Shown here one piece after another: positions 35,201 to 50,200 of a stretch of DNA of 64,000 nucleotides (position 1 is the first letter of the stretch; each line of letters starts with the position of its first letter). The notes under the pieces are model-generated. The model worked only from the letters and a program-made list of their open reading frames with translations. It made no database searches and was not told the origin of the DNA. Made by a program: the position numbers and the translations under genes. This stretch comes from Balanoglossus misakiensis (taxonomy: Eukaryota; Animalia; Hemichordata): positions 518,208 through 582,207 of the forward strand of contig CM082594.2 in NCBI GenBank assembly GCA_040954595.2, written 5' to 3'.

Positions 35201-38200
35201 CTTACGCCAGTCTGTGTCATATATATAGTGCCGGGGCATCAGCCGTGCCAGGCCGAAGGAAATGTGAGTAGATCAACGTGGTCTCTGTACGCGTGTTTCT
35301 GCTCTAGAGTGTCAGGGCTTTAGCAAAGCCATGCCGTAGGAAATCTGACTTGATCAACGTTGCTAACGAACGCTAGTGTCTGTCATAGTGTGCCGGGGTT
35401 TTAGTCGAGCCAAGCCGTAGGAGATCAGACTTGATCAACGTGGTCTCTGTACGCGTGTTTCTGCTCTAGAGTGCCGGGGCTTTATCCAACCCATGCCGTT
35501 GAAAATCTGACTTGATCACCGTTGCTAACGTACGCTAGTGTCTGTCATATTGTGACGAGATTTAGCCGAGCCAGGCCGTAGAAAAATCGACTTGTTCAAC
35601 GTTACCAGTGTGCAACTGTTTCTGCTCTAGAGTGTCAGGGTTTTAGCCGACTTGTGCTGTAGGAAATCTGAGTTGATGAACGGGAATTCTATGTTAGAAA
35701 ACCCGTGTGTAAAGTATCTCTACCCGTTTGAAACTAAGAAAAGAATTTATTCTTATTTATTTTGTAAAACAAGACAATTTTTCGAAAAAAAGTCGAAAAT
35801 GGTAATTTTGTCTTGGGTCATTCAAATTATACCGCCTTTTCTGGAATTTGCAGCACTTTTTACAAGAGAACGACACTTCATGCTCCATAATATTTCCGAA
35901 AATGAAGAAAAGAGTTAATTTTTTATGATTTTTTAAAAAATTACCATTTTTGTCAAAATATGGCCAAAATGGCTATTTTTTCTTGAATTCCGTCAATATC
36001 TCTGCATTTTTGGAGTGGTCGAAAGTTTTAACATACAATCAACATGTCATATATGATCAGGGCACCAAATTCGAAGAACAAAGTTTTTTTTAGTTTTTTT
36101 TCTAAAAATGACATTTTCAAGGAACATTTGGTAAAACGCAATTTTGTCTGCAGTGAGCCAAATTAGATTGTCTTTTGTGGAATTTGTATCGATATATACA
36201 TACGAAGAGCATTCTCTACTCCATCAGATTTCCGAAAATGTAGAAAACAGGTATTTTTTGTAATTTTCAAAAATTTACCATTTTGACCAAATTATGGCTA
36301 AAATTGTTATTTTCGTGTTGAATGCCGCCAGTGTCACTGCTTTTAAAAGTCATAAAAACTTTTAACATACAAGCAATTGTTTATATATGATCAGGTCACC
36401 GAATTAAAAAAAATAAAGAATGTTTGGCCTAAAAATGACCTTTTTGGTGCAAAAACGAATAAAACGCAATTTTGTATTAAATAACCTCATTCAGAGTGCA
36501 TTTTTTTATAATCAGCACCATTTTTACATATAATGGAAATTTCATACATCACCAGATATCCAAATATGAAAAAATGATTTAGATTTTAGATGATTGTCCA
36601 AAATTAGCTGATATCTAATAAATGTAGTATTGAACCGTTCTGTTCCCCCCCCTCCCCTACATTATATGCGGTACGCCGATGTCAGCTTACCCGGCAGTAC
36701 TGCAGGCCGTGCCCCCACCTAACGTCGGTGTTTGAAACGCCCTGGTTAAATTCGGGCTTTCTCTATAAATTGACAGGCAATAATGCAGTCCTACCCGAAC
36801 AAATGTCGAGTGTTGACTCGCTGTGACTTTCCCTCTTCGGTTTGCCCGACTTAGCCGACGTCTTTGTACTAGAGTGTCGGGTCTTTTGCAGAGTCAGGCC
36901 GAAGGAAATCCGACTTGATCACCGTTGCTAACGAACGCTAGTGTCTGTCATGGTGTGCCGGGGTTTTAGTCGAGCCAGGCCGTAGGAGATCTGACTTGAT
37001 CATCGTGGTCAATGTACGCGTGTTTCCGCTCTAAAGTGCCGGGGCTTCAGCTAAACCAGGCCGTAGGAAATCCGACGTAATCACCGTTGATAACTTACGC
37101 CAGTCTGTGTCATATAGAGCCGGTGCACCAGCCGAGTCACGCCGTAGGAAATCTGACTTGATCAACGTGGTCAATGTACGCCTGTTTCTGCTCTAGAGTG
37201 CCGGGGCTTCAGCTGAGCCAGGCCGTAGGAAACCCGACGTGATTACAGTTGTTAACTTACGCCAGTCTGTGTCCTATATATAGTGCCGGGGCATCAGCCG
37301 TGCCAGGCCGAAGGAAATGTGAGTAGATCAACGTGGTCTCTGTACGCGTGTTTCTGCTCTAGAGTGTCAGGGCTTTAGCAAAGCCATGCCGTAGGAAATC
37401 TGACTTGATCAACGTTGCTAGCGAACGCTAGTGTCTGTCATATTGTGCCGGGGTTTTAGTCGAGCCAAGCCGTAGGAGATCAGACTTGATCAACGTGGTC
37501 TCTGTACGCGTGTTTCTGCTCTAGAGTGCCGGGGCTTTATCCAACCCATGCCGTTGAAAATCTGACTTGATCACCGTTGCTAACGTACGCTAGTGTCTGT
37601 CATATTGTGACGGAGATTTAGCCGAGCCAGGCCGTAGAAAAATCGACTTGTTCAACGTTACCAGTGTGCAACTGTTTCTGCTCTAGAGTGTCAGGGTTTT
37701 AGCTGACTTATGCTGTAGGAAATCTGAGTTGATGAACGGGAATTCAATGTTAGAAAACCCGTGTGGAAAGTATCTCTTCCCGTTTGAAACTAAGAAAAGA
37801 ATTTATTCTTATTTATTTTGTTAAAAAGACAATTTTTCGAAAAAAAGTCGAAAATGGTAATTTTGTCTTGGGTGATTCAAATTATACCACCTTTTCTGGA
37901 ATTAGCAGCACTTTTTACAAGAGAACGACACTTCATGCTCCATAATATTTCCGAAAATGAAGAAAATAGTTAATGTTTTATGATTTTTTAAAAAATTACC
38001 ATTTTTGTCAAAATATGGCCAAAATGGCTATTTTTTCTTGAATTCCGTCAATATCTCTGCATTTTTGGAGTGGTCGAAAGTTTTAACATACAATCAACAT
38101 GTCATATATGATCAGGGCACCACATTTGAAGAACAAAGGTTTTTTTATTTTTTTTTCTAAAAATGACATTTTAAAGGAAAATTTGGTAAAACGCAATTTT

Positions 38201-41200
38201 GTCTGCAGTGAGCCAAATTAGACGGTCTTTTGTGGAATTTGTATCGATATATACATACGAAGAGCATTCTATACTCCATCAGATTTCCAAAAATGTAGAA
38301 AACAGGTATTTTTTGTAATTTTCAAAAATTTACCATTTTGACCAAATTGTGGCTAAAATTGTTATTTTCGTGTTGAATGCCGCCAGTGTCACTGCTTTTA
38401 AAAGTCATAAAAACTTTTAACATACAAGCAATTGTTTATATATGATCAGGTCACCGAATTAAAAAAATAAAGAATGTTTTGCCTAAAAATGACCTTTTTG
38501 GTGCAAAAACGAATAAAACGCAATCTTGTATTAAATCAGTTCATTCAGAGTGCATGTTTTATAATAAGCACCAATTTTACATATAATGGAAATTTCATAC
38601 ATCATCAGATATCCAAATATGAAAAAATGATTTAGATTTTAGATGATTGTCCAAAATTAGCTGATATCTAATAAATGTAGTATTGAACCGTTCTGTCCCC
38701 CCCCCCCCCCCTACATTATATGCGGTACGCCGATGTCAGCTTACCCGGCAGTACTGCAGGCCGTGCCCCCAACAAACGTCGGTGTTTGAAACGCCCTGGT
38801 TAAATTCGGGCTCTCTCTATAAATCGACAGGCAATAATGCAGTCCTACCGGAACAAATGTCAAGTGTTGAACCGCTGTGACTTTCCCTGTTCGGTTTGCC
38901 CGACTTAGCCAACGTCTTTGTACTAGAGTGTCGGGTCTTTTGCAGAGCCAGGCCGAAGGAAATCCGACTTGATCACCGTTGCTAACGAACGCTAGTGTCT
39001 GTCATGGTGTGCCGGGGTTTTAGTCGAGCCAGGCCGTAGGAGATCTGACTTGATCATCGTGGTCAATGTACGCGTGTTTCCGCTCTAAAGTGCCGGGGCT
39101 TCAGCTAAACCAGGCCGTAGGAAATCCGACGTAATCACCGTTGATAACTTACGCCAGTCTGTGTCATATAGAGCCGGTGCACCAGCCGAGTCACGCCGTA
39201 GGAAATCTGACTTGATCAACGTGGTCAATGTACGCCTGTTTCTGCTCTAGAGTGCCGGGGCTTCAGCTGAGCCAGGCCGTAAGAAAACCCGACGTGATTA
39301 CCGTTGTTAACTTACGCCAGTCTGTGTCCTATATATAGTGCCGGGGCATCAGCCGTGCCAGGCCGAAGGAAATGTGAGTAGATCAACGTAGTCTCTGTAC
39401 GCGTGTTTCTGCTCTAGAGTGTCAGGGCTTTAGCAAAGCCATGCCGTAGAAAATCTGACTAGATCAACGTTGCTAACGAACGCTAGTGTCTGTCATAGTG
39501 TGCCGGGGTTTTAGTCGAGCCAAGCCGTAGGAGATCAGACTTGATCAACGTGGTCTCTGTACGCGTGTTTCTGCTCTAGAGTGCCGGGGCTTTATCCAAC
39601 CCATGCCGTTGAAAATCTGACTTGATCACCGTTGCTAACGTACGCTAGTGTCTGTCATATTGTGACGAGATTTAGCCGAGCCAGGCCGTAGAAAAATCGA
39701 CTTGTTCAACGTTATCAGTGTGCAACTGTTTCTGCTCTAGAGTGTCAGGGTTTTAGCCGACTTATGCTGTAGGAAATCTGAGTTGATGAACGGGAATTCA
39801 ATGTTAGAAAACCCGTGTGGAAAGTATCTCTACCCGTTTGAAACTAAGAAAAGAATTTATTCTTATTTATTTTTTAAAAAAGACAATTTTTCGAAAACAA
39901 GTCGAAAATGGTAATTTTGTCTTGGGTGATTCAAATTATACCACATTTTCTGGAATTTGCAGCACTTTTTACAAGAGAACGACACTTCATGCTCCATAAT
40001 ATTTCCGAAAATGAAGAAAAGAGTTTATTTTTTATGATTTTTTAAAAATGTACCATTTTGTCAAAATATGACCAAAATGGCTATTTTTTCTTGAATTCCG
40101 TCAATATCTCTGCATTTTTGGAGTGGTGGAAAGTTTTAACATACAATCAACATGTCATATATGATCAGGGCACCAAATTCGAAGAACGAAGGTTTTTTTA
40201 TTTTATTTTTCTAAAAATGACATTTTCAAGGAAAATTTGGTAAAACGCAATTTTGTCTGCAGTAAGCCAAATTAGACGGTCTTTTGTGGAATTTGTATCG
40301 ATATATATATACGAAAAGCATTCTATACTCCATCAGATTTCCGAAAATGTAGAAAACAGGTATTTTTTGTAATTTTCAAAAATTTACCATTTTGACCAAA
40401 TTGTGGTTAAAATTGTTATTTTCGTGTTGAATGCCGCCAGTGTCACTGCTTTTAAAAGTCATAAAAACTTTTAACATGCAAGCAATTGCTTATATATGAT
40501 CAGGCCACCGAATTAAAAAAATAAAGAATGTTTTGCCTAAAAATGACCTTTTTGGTGCAAAAACGAATAAAACGCAATTTTTGTATTAAATCAGCTCATT
40601 CAGAGTGCATTTTTTATAATCAGCACCATTTTTACATATATTGGAAATTTCATACATCATCAGATATCCAAATATGAAAAAATGATTTAGATTTTAGATG
40701 ATTGTCCAAAATTAGCTGATATCTAATAAATGTAGTATTGAACCGTTCTGTCCCCCCCCCCCCCTACATTATATGCGGTACGCCGATGTCAGCTTACCCG
40801 GCAGTACTGCAGGCCGTGCCCCCAAATAACGTCGGTGTTTGAAACGCCCTGGTTAAATTCGGGCTTTCTCTATAAATTGACAGGCAATAATGCAGTCCTA
40901 CCCGAACAAATGTCGAGTGTTGACCCGCTGTGACTTTCCCTCTTCGGTTTGCCCGACTTAGCCAACGTCTCTGTACTAATGTGTCGGGTCTTTTGCAGAG
41001 CCAGGCCGAAGGAAATCCGACTTGATCACCGTTGCTAACGAACGCTAGTGTCTGTCATGGTGTGCCGGGGTTTTAGTCGAGCCAGGCCGTAGGAGATCTG
41101 ACTTGATCATCGTGGTCAATGTACGCGTGTTTCCGCTCTGAAGTGCCGGGGCTTCAGCTAAACCATGCCGTAGGAAATCCGACGTAATCACCGTTGATAA

Positions 41201-44200
41201 CTTACGCCAGTCTGTGTCATATAGAGCCGGTGCACCAGCCGAGTCACGCCGTAGGAAATCTGACTTGATCAACGTGGTCAATGTACGCCTGTTTCTGCTC
41301 TAGAGTGCCGGGGCTTCAGCTGAGCCAGGCCGTAGGAAACCCGACGTGATTACCGTTGTTAACTTACGCCAGTCTGTGTCCTATATATAGTGCCGGGGCA
41401 TCAGCCGTGCCAGGCCGAAGGAAATGTGAGTAGATCAACGTGGTCTCTGTACGCGTGTTTCTGATCTAGAGTGCCGGGGCTTTATCGAAGCCATGCCGTA
41501 GAAAATCTGACTTGATCACCGTTGCTAACGTACGATAGTGTCTGTCATATTGTGACGGAGATTTAGCCGAGCCAGGCCGTAGAAAAATCGACTTGTTCAA
41601 CGTTACCAGTGTGCAACTGTTTCTGCTCTAGAGTGTCAGGGTTTTAGCCGACTTATGCTGTAGGAAATCTGAGTTGATGAATGGGAATTCAATGTTAAAA
41701 AACCTGTGTGGAAAGTGTCTCTACCCTTTTGAAACTAAGAAAATAATTTATTCTTATTTATTTTGTAAAAATCACAATTTTTCGAAAAAAAGTCGAAAAT
41801 GGTAATTTTGTCATGGGTGATTCAAATTATACCGCCTTTTCTGGAATTTGCAGCACTTTTTACAAGAGAACGACACTTCATGCTCCATAATATTTCCGAA
41901 AATGAAGAAAAGAGTTAATTTTTTACGATTTTTTAAAAATTTACCATTTTTGTCAAAATATGGCCAAAATGGCTATTTTTTCTTGAATTCCGTCAATATC
42001 TCTGCATTTTTGGAGTGGTCGAAAGTTTTAACATACAATCAACATGTCATATATGATCAGGGCACCAAATTCGAAGAACAAAGGTTTTTTTTATTTTTTT
42101 TTCTAAAAATGACATTTTCAAGGAAAATTTGGTAAAACGCAATTTTGTCTGCAGTGAGCCAAATTGGCCGTTTTTTTGTGGAATTTGTATCGATATATGT
42201 ATACGAAGAGCATTCTATACTCCATCAGATTTTCGAAAATGTAGAAAACAGGTATTTTTTGTAATTTTCAAAAATTTACCATTTTGACCGAATTGTGGCT
42301 AAAATTGTTATTTTCGTGTTGAATGCCGCCAGTGTCACTGCTTTTAAAAGTCATTAAAACTTTTAACATACAAGCAATTGTTTATATATGATCAGGTCAC
42401 CGAATTTAAAGAATAAAGAATGTTTTCCCTAAAAATGACCTTTTTGGTGCAAAAACGAATAAAACGCAATTTTGTATTAAATCAGCTCATTCAGAGTGCA
42501 TTTTTTATAATCAGCACCATTTTTACATATAATGGAAATTTCATACATCATCAGATATCCAAATATGAAAAAATGATTTAGATTTTAGATGATTGTCCAA
42601 AAGTAGCTGATATCTAATAAATATAGTATTGAACCGTTCTGTCCCCCCCCCCCCCTACATTACATGCGGTACGCCGATGTCAGCTTACCCGTCAGTACTG
42701 CAGGCCGTGCCCACAACTAACGTCGGTGTTTGAAACGCCCTGGTTAAATTCGGGCTTTCTCTATAAATTGACAGGCAATAATGTAGTCCTACCGGAACAA
42801 ATGTCGAGTGTTGACCCGCTGTGACTTTCCCTCTTCGGTTTGCCCGACTTAGCGAACGTCTTTGTACTAGAGTGTCGGGTGTTTTGCAGAGCCAGGCCGA
42901 AGGAAATCCGACTTGATCACCGATGCTAACGAACGCTAGTGTCTGTCATGGTGTGCCGGGGTTTTAGTCGAGCCAGGCCGTAGGAGATCTGATTGGATCA
43001 TCGTGGTCAATGTACGCGTGTTTCCGCTCTAAAGTGCCGGGGCTTCAGCTAAACCAGGCCGTAGGAAATCCGACGTAATCACCGTTGATAACTTACGCCA
43101 GTCTGTGTCATATAGAGCCGGTGCACCAGCCGAGTCACGCCGTAGGAATCTGATTTGATCAACGTGGTCAATGTACGCCTGTTTCTGCTCTAGAGTGCCG
43201 GGGCTTCAGCTGAGCCAGGCCGTAGGAAACCCGACGTGATTACCGTTGTTAACTTACGCCAGTCTGTGTCCTATATATAGTGCGGGACATCAGCCGTGCC
43301 AGGCCTAAGGAAATGTGAGTAGATCAATGTGGTCTCTGTACGCGTGTTTCTGCTCTAGAATGCCAGGGCTTTAGCCAAGCCATGCCGTAGGAAATCTGAA
43401 TTGATCAACGTTGCTAACGAACGCTAGTGTCTGTCATAGTGTGCCGGGGTTTTAGTCGAGCCAAGCCGTAGGAGATCTGACTTGATCATCGTGGTCAATG
43501 TACGCGTGTTTCCGCTCTAAAGTGCCGGGGCTTGAGCTAAACCAGGCCGTAGGAAATCCGACGTAATCACCGTTGATAACTTACGCCAGTCTGTGTCATA
43601 TAGAGCCGGTGCACCAGCGGAGTCACACCGTAGGAATCTGATTTGATCAACGTGGTCAATGTACGCATGTTTCTGCTCTAGAGTGCCGGGGCTTCAGCTG
43701 AGCCAGGCCGTAGGAAACCCGACGTGATTACCGTTGTTAACTTACGCAAGTCTGTGTCCTATATATACTGCCGGGGCATCAGCCGCGCCAGGCCGAAGGA
43801 AATGTGAGTAGATCAACGTGGTTTCTGTACGCGTGTTTCTGCTCTAGAGTGCCAGGGCTTTAGCCAAGCTATGCCGTAGGAAATCTGACTTGATCACCGT
43901 TGCTAACGAACGCTAGTGTCTGTCATAGTGTGCCGGGGTTTTAGTCGAACCAAGCCGTAGGAGATCAGACTTGATCAACGTGGTCTCTGTACGCATGTTT
44001 CTGCTCTGGAGTGCCGGGGCTTTATCCAAGCCATGCCGTAGAAAATCTGACTTGATCACCGTTGCTAACCTACGCTAGTGTCTGTCATATTGTGACGGAG
44101 ATTTAGCCGAGCCAGGCCGTAGAAAAATCGACTTGTTCAACGTTACCAGTGTGCAACTGTTTCTGTTCTAGAGAGTCAGGGTTTTAGCCGACTTGTAGGA

Positions 44201-47200
44201 AATCTGAGTTGATGAACTGGAATTCAATGTTAGAAATCCATGTGGAAAGTATCTCTACCCGTTTGGAACTAAGAAAAGAATTTATTCTTATTTATTTTGT
44301 AAAAAAACAATATTTCGAAAAAAAGTCGAAAATGGTAATTTTGTCTTGGGTGATTCAAATTATACCACCTTTTCTGGAATTTGCAGCACTTTTTACAAGA
44401 GAACGACACTTCATGCTCTATAATATTTCCGAAAATGAAGAAAAGAGTTAATTTTTTATGATTTTTTAAAAATTTACCATTTTTGTCAAAATATGGCCAA
44501 AATGGCTATTTTTTCTTGAATTCCGTCAATATCTCAGCATTTTTGGAGTGGTCGAAAGTTTTAACATACAATCAACATGTCATATATGATCAGGCACTAA
44601 ATTCGAAGAACAAAGGTTTTTTATTTTTTTTTCTAAAAATGACATTTTCAAGGAAAATTTGGTAAAACGCAATTTTGTCTGCAGTGAGCCAAATTAGACG
44701 GTCTTTTGTGGAATTTGTATCGATATATACATACGAAGAGCATTCTATACTCCATCAGATTTCCGAAAATGTAGAAAACAGGTATTTTTTGTAATTTTCA
44801 AAAATTTACCATTTTGACCGAATTGTGGCTAAAATTGTTATTAAAGTGTTGAATGCCGCCAGTGTCACTGCTTTTAAAAGTCATAAAAACTTTTAACATA
44901 CAAGCAATTGTTTATATATGATAAGGTCACCGAATTAAAAAAATAAAGAATGTTTTGACTAAAAATGACCTTTTTGGTGCAAAAACGAATAAAACGCAAT
45001 TTTGTATTAAATCAGCTCATTCAGAGTGCATTTTTATAATCATCACCATTTTTACATATAATGGAAATTTCATACATCATCAGATATCCAAATATGAAAA
45101 GATGATTTACATTTTAGATGATTGTCAAAAATTAGCTGATATCTGATAAATGTAGTATTGAACCGTTCTGTTCCCCCCCTACATTATATGCGGTACGCTG
45201 ATGTCAGCTTACCCGGCAGTACTGCAGGCCGTGCCCCCAACTAACGTCGGTGTTTGAAACGCCCTGGTTAAATTCGGGCTTTCTCTATAAATTGACAGGC
45301 AATAATGCAGTCCTACCGGAACAAATGTCGAGTGTTGACCCGCTGTGACTTTCCCTGTTCGGTTTGCCCGACTTAGCCAACGTCTTTGTACTAGAGTGTC
45401 GGGTCTTTTGCAGAGCCAGGCCGAAGGAAATCCGACTTGATCACCGTTGCTAACGAACGCTAGTGTCTGTCATGGTGTGCCGGGGTTTTAGTCGAGCCAG
45501 GCCGTAGGAGATCTGACTTGATCATCGTGGTCAATGTACGCGTGTTTCCGCTCTAAAGGGCCGGGGCTTCAGCTAAACCAGGCCGTAGGAAATCCGACGT
45601 AATCACCGTTGATAACTTACGCCAGTCTGTGTCATATAGAGCCGATGCACCAGCCGAGTCACGCCGTAGGAAATCTTACTTGATCAACGTGGTCAATGTA
45701 CGCCTGTTTCTGCTCTAGAGTGCCGGGGCTTCAGCTGAGCCAGGCCGTGGGAAATGTGAGTAGATCAACGTGGTCTCTGTACGCGTGTTTCTGCTCTAGA
45801 GTGCCAGGGCTTTAGCCAAGCCATGCCGTAGGAAATCTGACTTGATCAACGTTGCTAACGAACGCTAATGTCTGTCATAGTGTGCCGGGGTTTTAGTCGA
45901 GCAAAGCCGTAGGAGATCAGACTTGATCAACGTGGTCTCTGTACGCGTGTTTCTGCTCTAGAGTGCCGGGGCTTTATCCAAGCCATGCCGTAGAAAATCT
46001 GACTTGATCACCGTTGCTAACGTACCCTAGTGTCTGTCATATTGTGACGGAGATTTAGCCGAGCCAGGCCGTAGAAAAATCGACTTGTTCAACGTTACCA
46101 GTGTGCAACTGTTTCTGCTCTAAAGTCTCAGGGTTTTAGCCGACTTATGCTGTAGGAAATCTGAGTTGATGAACGGGAATTCAATGTTAGAAAACCCGTG
46201 TGGAAAGTATCTCTACCCGTTTGAAACTAAGAAAAGAATTTATTCTTATTTATTTTGTAAAAAAGACAATTTTTCGAAAAAAAGTCGAAAAATTGCAATT
46301 TTGTCTTGGGTGATTCAAATTATACCGCCTTTTCTGGAATTTGCAGCACTTTTTACAAGAGAACGACACTTCATGCTCCATAATATTTCCGAAAATGAAG
46401 AAAAGAGTTAATTTTTTATGATTTTTCAAAAATTTACCATTTTTGTCAAAATATGGCCAAAATGGCTATTTTTCTTGAATTCCGTCAATATCTCAGCATT
46501 TTTGGAGTGGTCGAGAGTTTTAACATACAATCAACATGTCATATATGAGCAGGGCACCAAATTCGAAGAACAAAGGTTTTTTATTTTTTTTTCTAAAAAT
46601 GACATTTTCAAGGAAAATTTGGTAAAACGCAATTTTGTCTGCAGTGAGCCAAATTAGACGGTCTTTTGTGGAATTTGTATCGATATATACATACGAAGAG
46701 CATTCTATACTCCATCAGATTTCCGAAAATGTAGAAAACAGGTATTTTTTGTAATTTTCAAAAATTTACCATTTTGACCGAATTGTGGCTAAAATTGTTA
46801 TTAAATTGTTGAATGCCGCCAGTGTCACTGCTTTTAAAAGTCATAAAAACTTTTAACATACAAGCAATTGTTTATATATGATAAGGTCACCGAATTAAAA
46901 AAATAAAGAATGTTTTGACTAAAAATGACCTTTTTGGTGCAAAAACGAATAAAACGCAATTTTGTATTAAATCAGCTCATTCAGAGTGCATTTTTATAAT
47001 CAGCACCATTTTTACATATAATGGAAATTTCATACATCATCAGATATCCAAATATGAAAAGATGATTTACATTTTAGATGATTGTCAAAAATTAGCTGAT
47101 ATCTGATAAATGTAGTATTGAACCGTTCTGTTCCCCCCTACATTATATGCGGTACGCTGATGTCAGCTTACCCGGCAGTACTGCAGGCCGTGCCCCCAAC

Positions 47201-50200
47201 TAACGTCGGTGTTTGAAACGCCCTGGTTAAATTCGGGCTTTCTCTATAAATTGACAGGCAATAATGCAGTCCTACCGGAACAAATGTCGAGTGTTGACCC
47301 GCTGTGACTTTCCCTGTTCGGTTTGCCCGACTTAGCCAACGTCTTTGTACTAGAGTGTCGGGTCTTTTGCAGAGCCAGGCCGAAGGAAATCCGACTTGAT
47401 CACCGTTGCTAACGAACGCTAGTGTCTGTCATGGTGTGCCGGGGTTTTAGTCGAGCCAGGCCGTAGGAGATCTGACTTGATCATCGTGGTCAATGTACGC
47501 GTGTTTCCGCTCTAAAGGGCCGGGGCTTCAGCTAAACCAGGCCGTAGGAAATCCGACGTAATCACCGTTGATAACTTACGCCAGTCTGTGTCATATAGAG
47601 CCGATGCACCAGCCGAGTCACGCCGTAGGAAATCTTACTTGATCAACGTGGTCAATGTACGCCTGTTTCTGCTCTAGAGTGCCGGGGCTTCAGCTGAGCC
47701 AGGCCGTGGGAAATGTGAGTAGATCAACGTGGTCTCTGTACGCGTGTTTCTGCTCTAGAGTGCCAGGGCTTTAGCCAAGCCATGCCGTAGGAAATCTGAC
47801 TTGATCAACGTTGCTAACGAACGCTAATGTCTGTCATAGTGTGCCGGGGTTTTAGTCGAGCAAAGCCGTAGGAGATCAGACTTGATCAACGTGGTCTCTG
47901 TACGCGTGTTTCTGCTCTAGAGTGCCGGGGCTTTATCCAAGCCATGCCGTAGAAAATCTGACTTGATCACCGTTGCTAACGTACCCTAGTGTCTGTCATA
48001 TTGTGACGGAGATTTAGCCGAGCCAGGCCGTAGAAAAATCGACTTGTTCAACGTTACCAGTGTGCAACTGTTTCTGCTCTAAAGTCTCAGGGTTTTAGCC
48101 GACTTATGCTGTAGGAAATCTGAGTTGATGAACGGGAATTCAATGTTAGAAAACCCGTGTGGAAAGTATCTCTACCCGTTTGAAACTAAGAAAAGAATTT
48201 ATTCTTATTTATTTTGTAAAAAAGACAATTTTTCGAAAAAAAGTCGAAAAATTGCAATTTTGTCTTGGGTGATTCAAATTATACCGCCTTTTCTGGAATT
48301 TGCAGCACTTTTTACAAGAGAACGACACTTCATGCTCCATAATATTTCCGAAAATGAAGAAAAGAGTTTATTTTTTATGATTTTTCAAAAATTTACCATT
48401 TTTGTCAAAATATGGCCAAAATGGCTATTTTTCTTGAATTCCGTCAATATCTCAGCATTTTTGGAGTGGTCGAGAGTTTTAACATACAATCAACATGTCA
48501 TATATGAGCAGGGCACCAAATTCGAAGAACAAAGGTTTTTTTTTTTTTTTTCTAAAAATGACATTTTCAAGGAAAATTTGGTAAAACGCAATTTTGTCTG
48601 CAGTGAGCCAAATTAGACGGTCTTTTGTGGAATTTAACGATATATACATACGAAGAGCATTCTACACTCCATCAGATTTCCGAAAATGTAGAAAACAGGT
48701 ATTTTTTGTAAATTTCAAAAATTTACCATTTTGACTAAATTGTAGCTAAAATTGTTATTTTCGTGTTGAATGCCGCCAGTGTCACTGCTTTTAAAAGTCA
48801 TAATAACTTTTAACATACAAGCAATTGTTTATATATGATCAGGTCACCGAATTAAAAAAATAAAGAATGTTTTGCCTAAAAATGACCTTTTTGGTGCAAA
48901 AACGAATAAAACGCAATCTTGTATTAAATCAGTTCATTCAGAGTGCATGTTTTATAATAAGCACCATTTTTACATATAATGGAAATTTCATACATCATCA
49001 GATATCCAAATATGAAAAAATGATTTAGATTTTAGATGATTGTCCAAAATTAGCTGATATCTAATAAATGTAGTATTGAACCGTTCTGTCCCCCCCCCCT
49101 TACATTATATGCGGTACGCCGATGTCAGCTTACCCGGCAGTACTGTAGGCCGTGCCCCCAACAAACGTCGGTGTTTGAAACGCCCTGGTTAAATTCGGGC
49201 TCTCTCTATAAATCGACAGGCAATAATGCAGTCCTACCGGAACAAATGTCAAGTGTTGAACCGCTGTGACTTTCCCTGTTCGGTTTGCCCGACTTAGCCA
49301 ACGTCTTTGTACTAGAGTGTCGGGTCTTTTGCAGAGCCAGGCCGAAGGAAATCCGACTTGATCACCGTTGCTAACGAACGCTAGTGTCTGTCATGGTGTG
49401 CCGGGGTTTTAGTCGAGCCAGGCCGTAGGAGATCTGACTTGATCATCGTGGTCAATGTACGCGTGTTTCCGCTCTAAAGTGCCGGGGCTTCAGCTAAACC
49501 AGGCCGTAGGAAATCCGACGTAATCACCGTTGATAACTTACGCCAGTCTGTGTCATATAGAGCCGGTGCACCAGCCGAGTCACGCCGAAGGAAATCTGAC
49601 TTGATCAACGTGGTCAATGTACGCCCGTTTCTGCTCTAGAGTGCCGGGGCTTCAGCTGAGCCAGGCCGTAGGAAACCCGACGTGATTACCGTTGTTAACT
49701 TACGCCAGTCTGTGTCCTATATATAGTGCCGGGGCATCAGCCGTGCTAGGCCGAAGGAAATGTGAGTAGATCAACGTGGTCTCTGTACGCGTGTTTCTGC
49801 TCTAGAGTGTCAGGGCTTTAGCAAAGCCATGCCGTAGGAAATCTGACTTGATCAACGTTGCTAACGAACGCTAGTGTCTGTCATAGTGTGCCGGGGTTTT
49901 AGTCGAGCCAAGCCGTAGGAGATCAGACTTGATCAACGTGGTCTCTGTACGCGTGTTTCTGCTCTAGAGTGCCGGGGCTTTATCCAACCCATGCCGTTGA
50001 AAATCTGACTTGATCACCGTTGCTAACGTACGCTAGTGTCTGTCATATTGTGACGAGATTTAGCCGAGCCAGGCCGTAGAAAAATCGACTTGTTCAACGT
50101 TATCAGTGTGCAACTGTTTCTGCTCTAGAGTGCCAGGGCTTTAGCCAAGCCATGCCGTAGGAAATCTGACTTGATCAACGTTGCTAACGAACGCTAGTGT

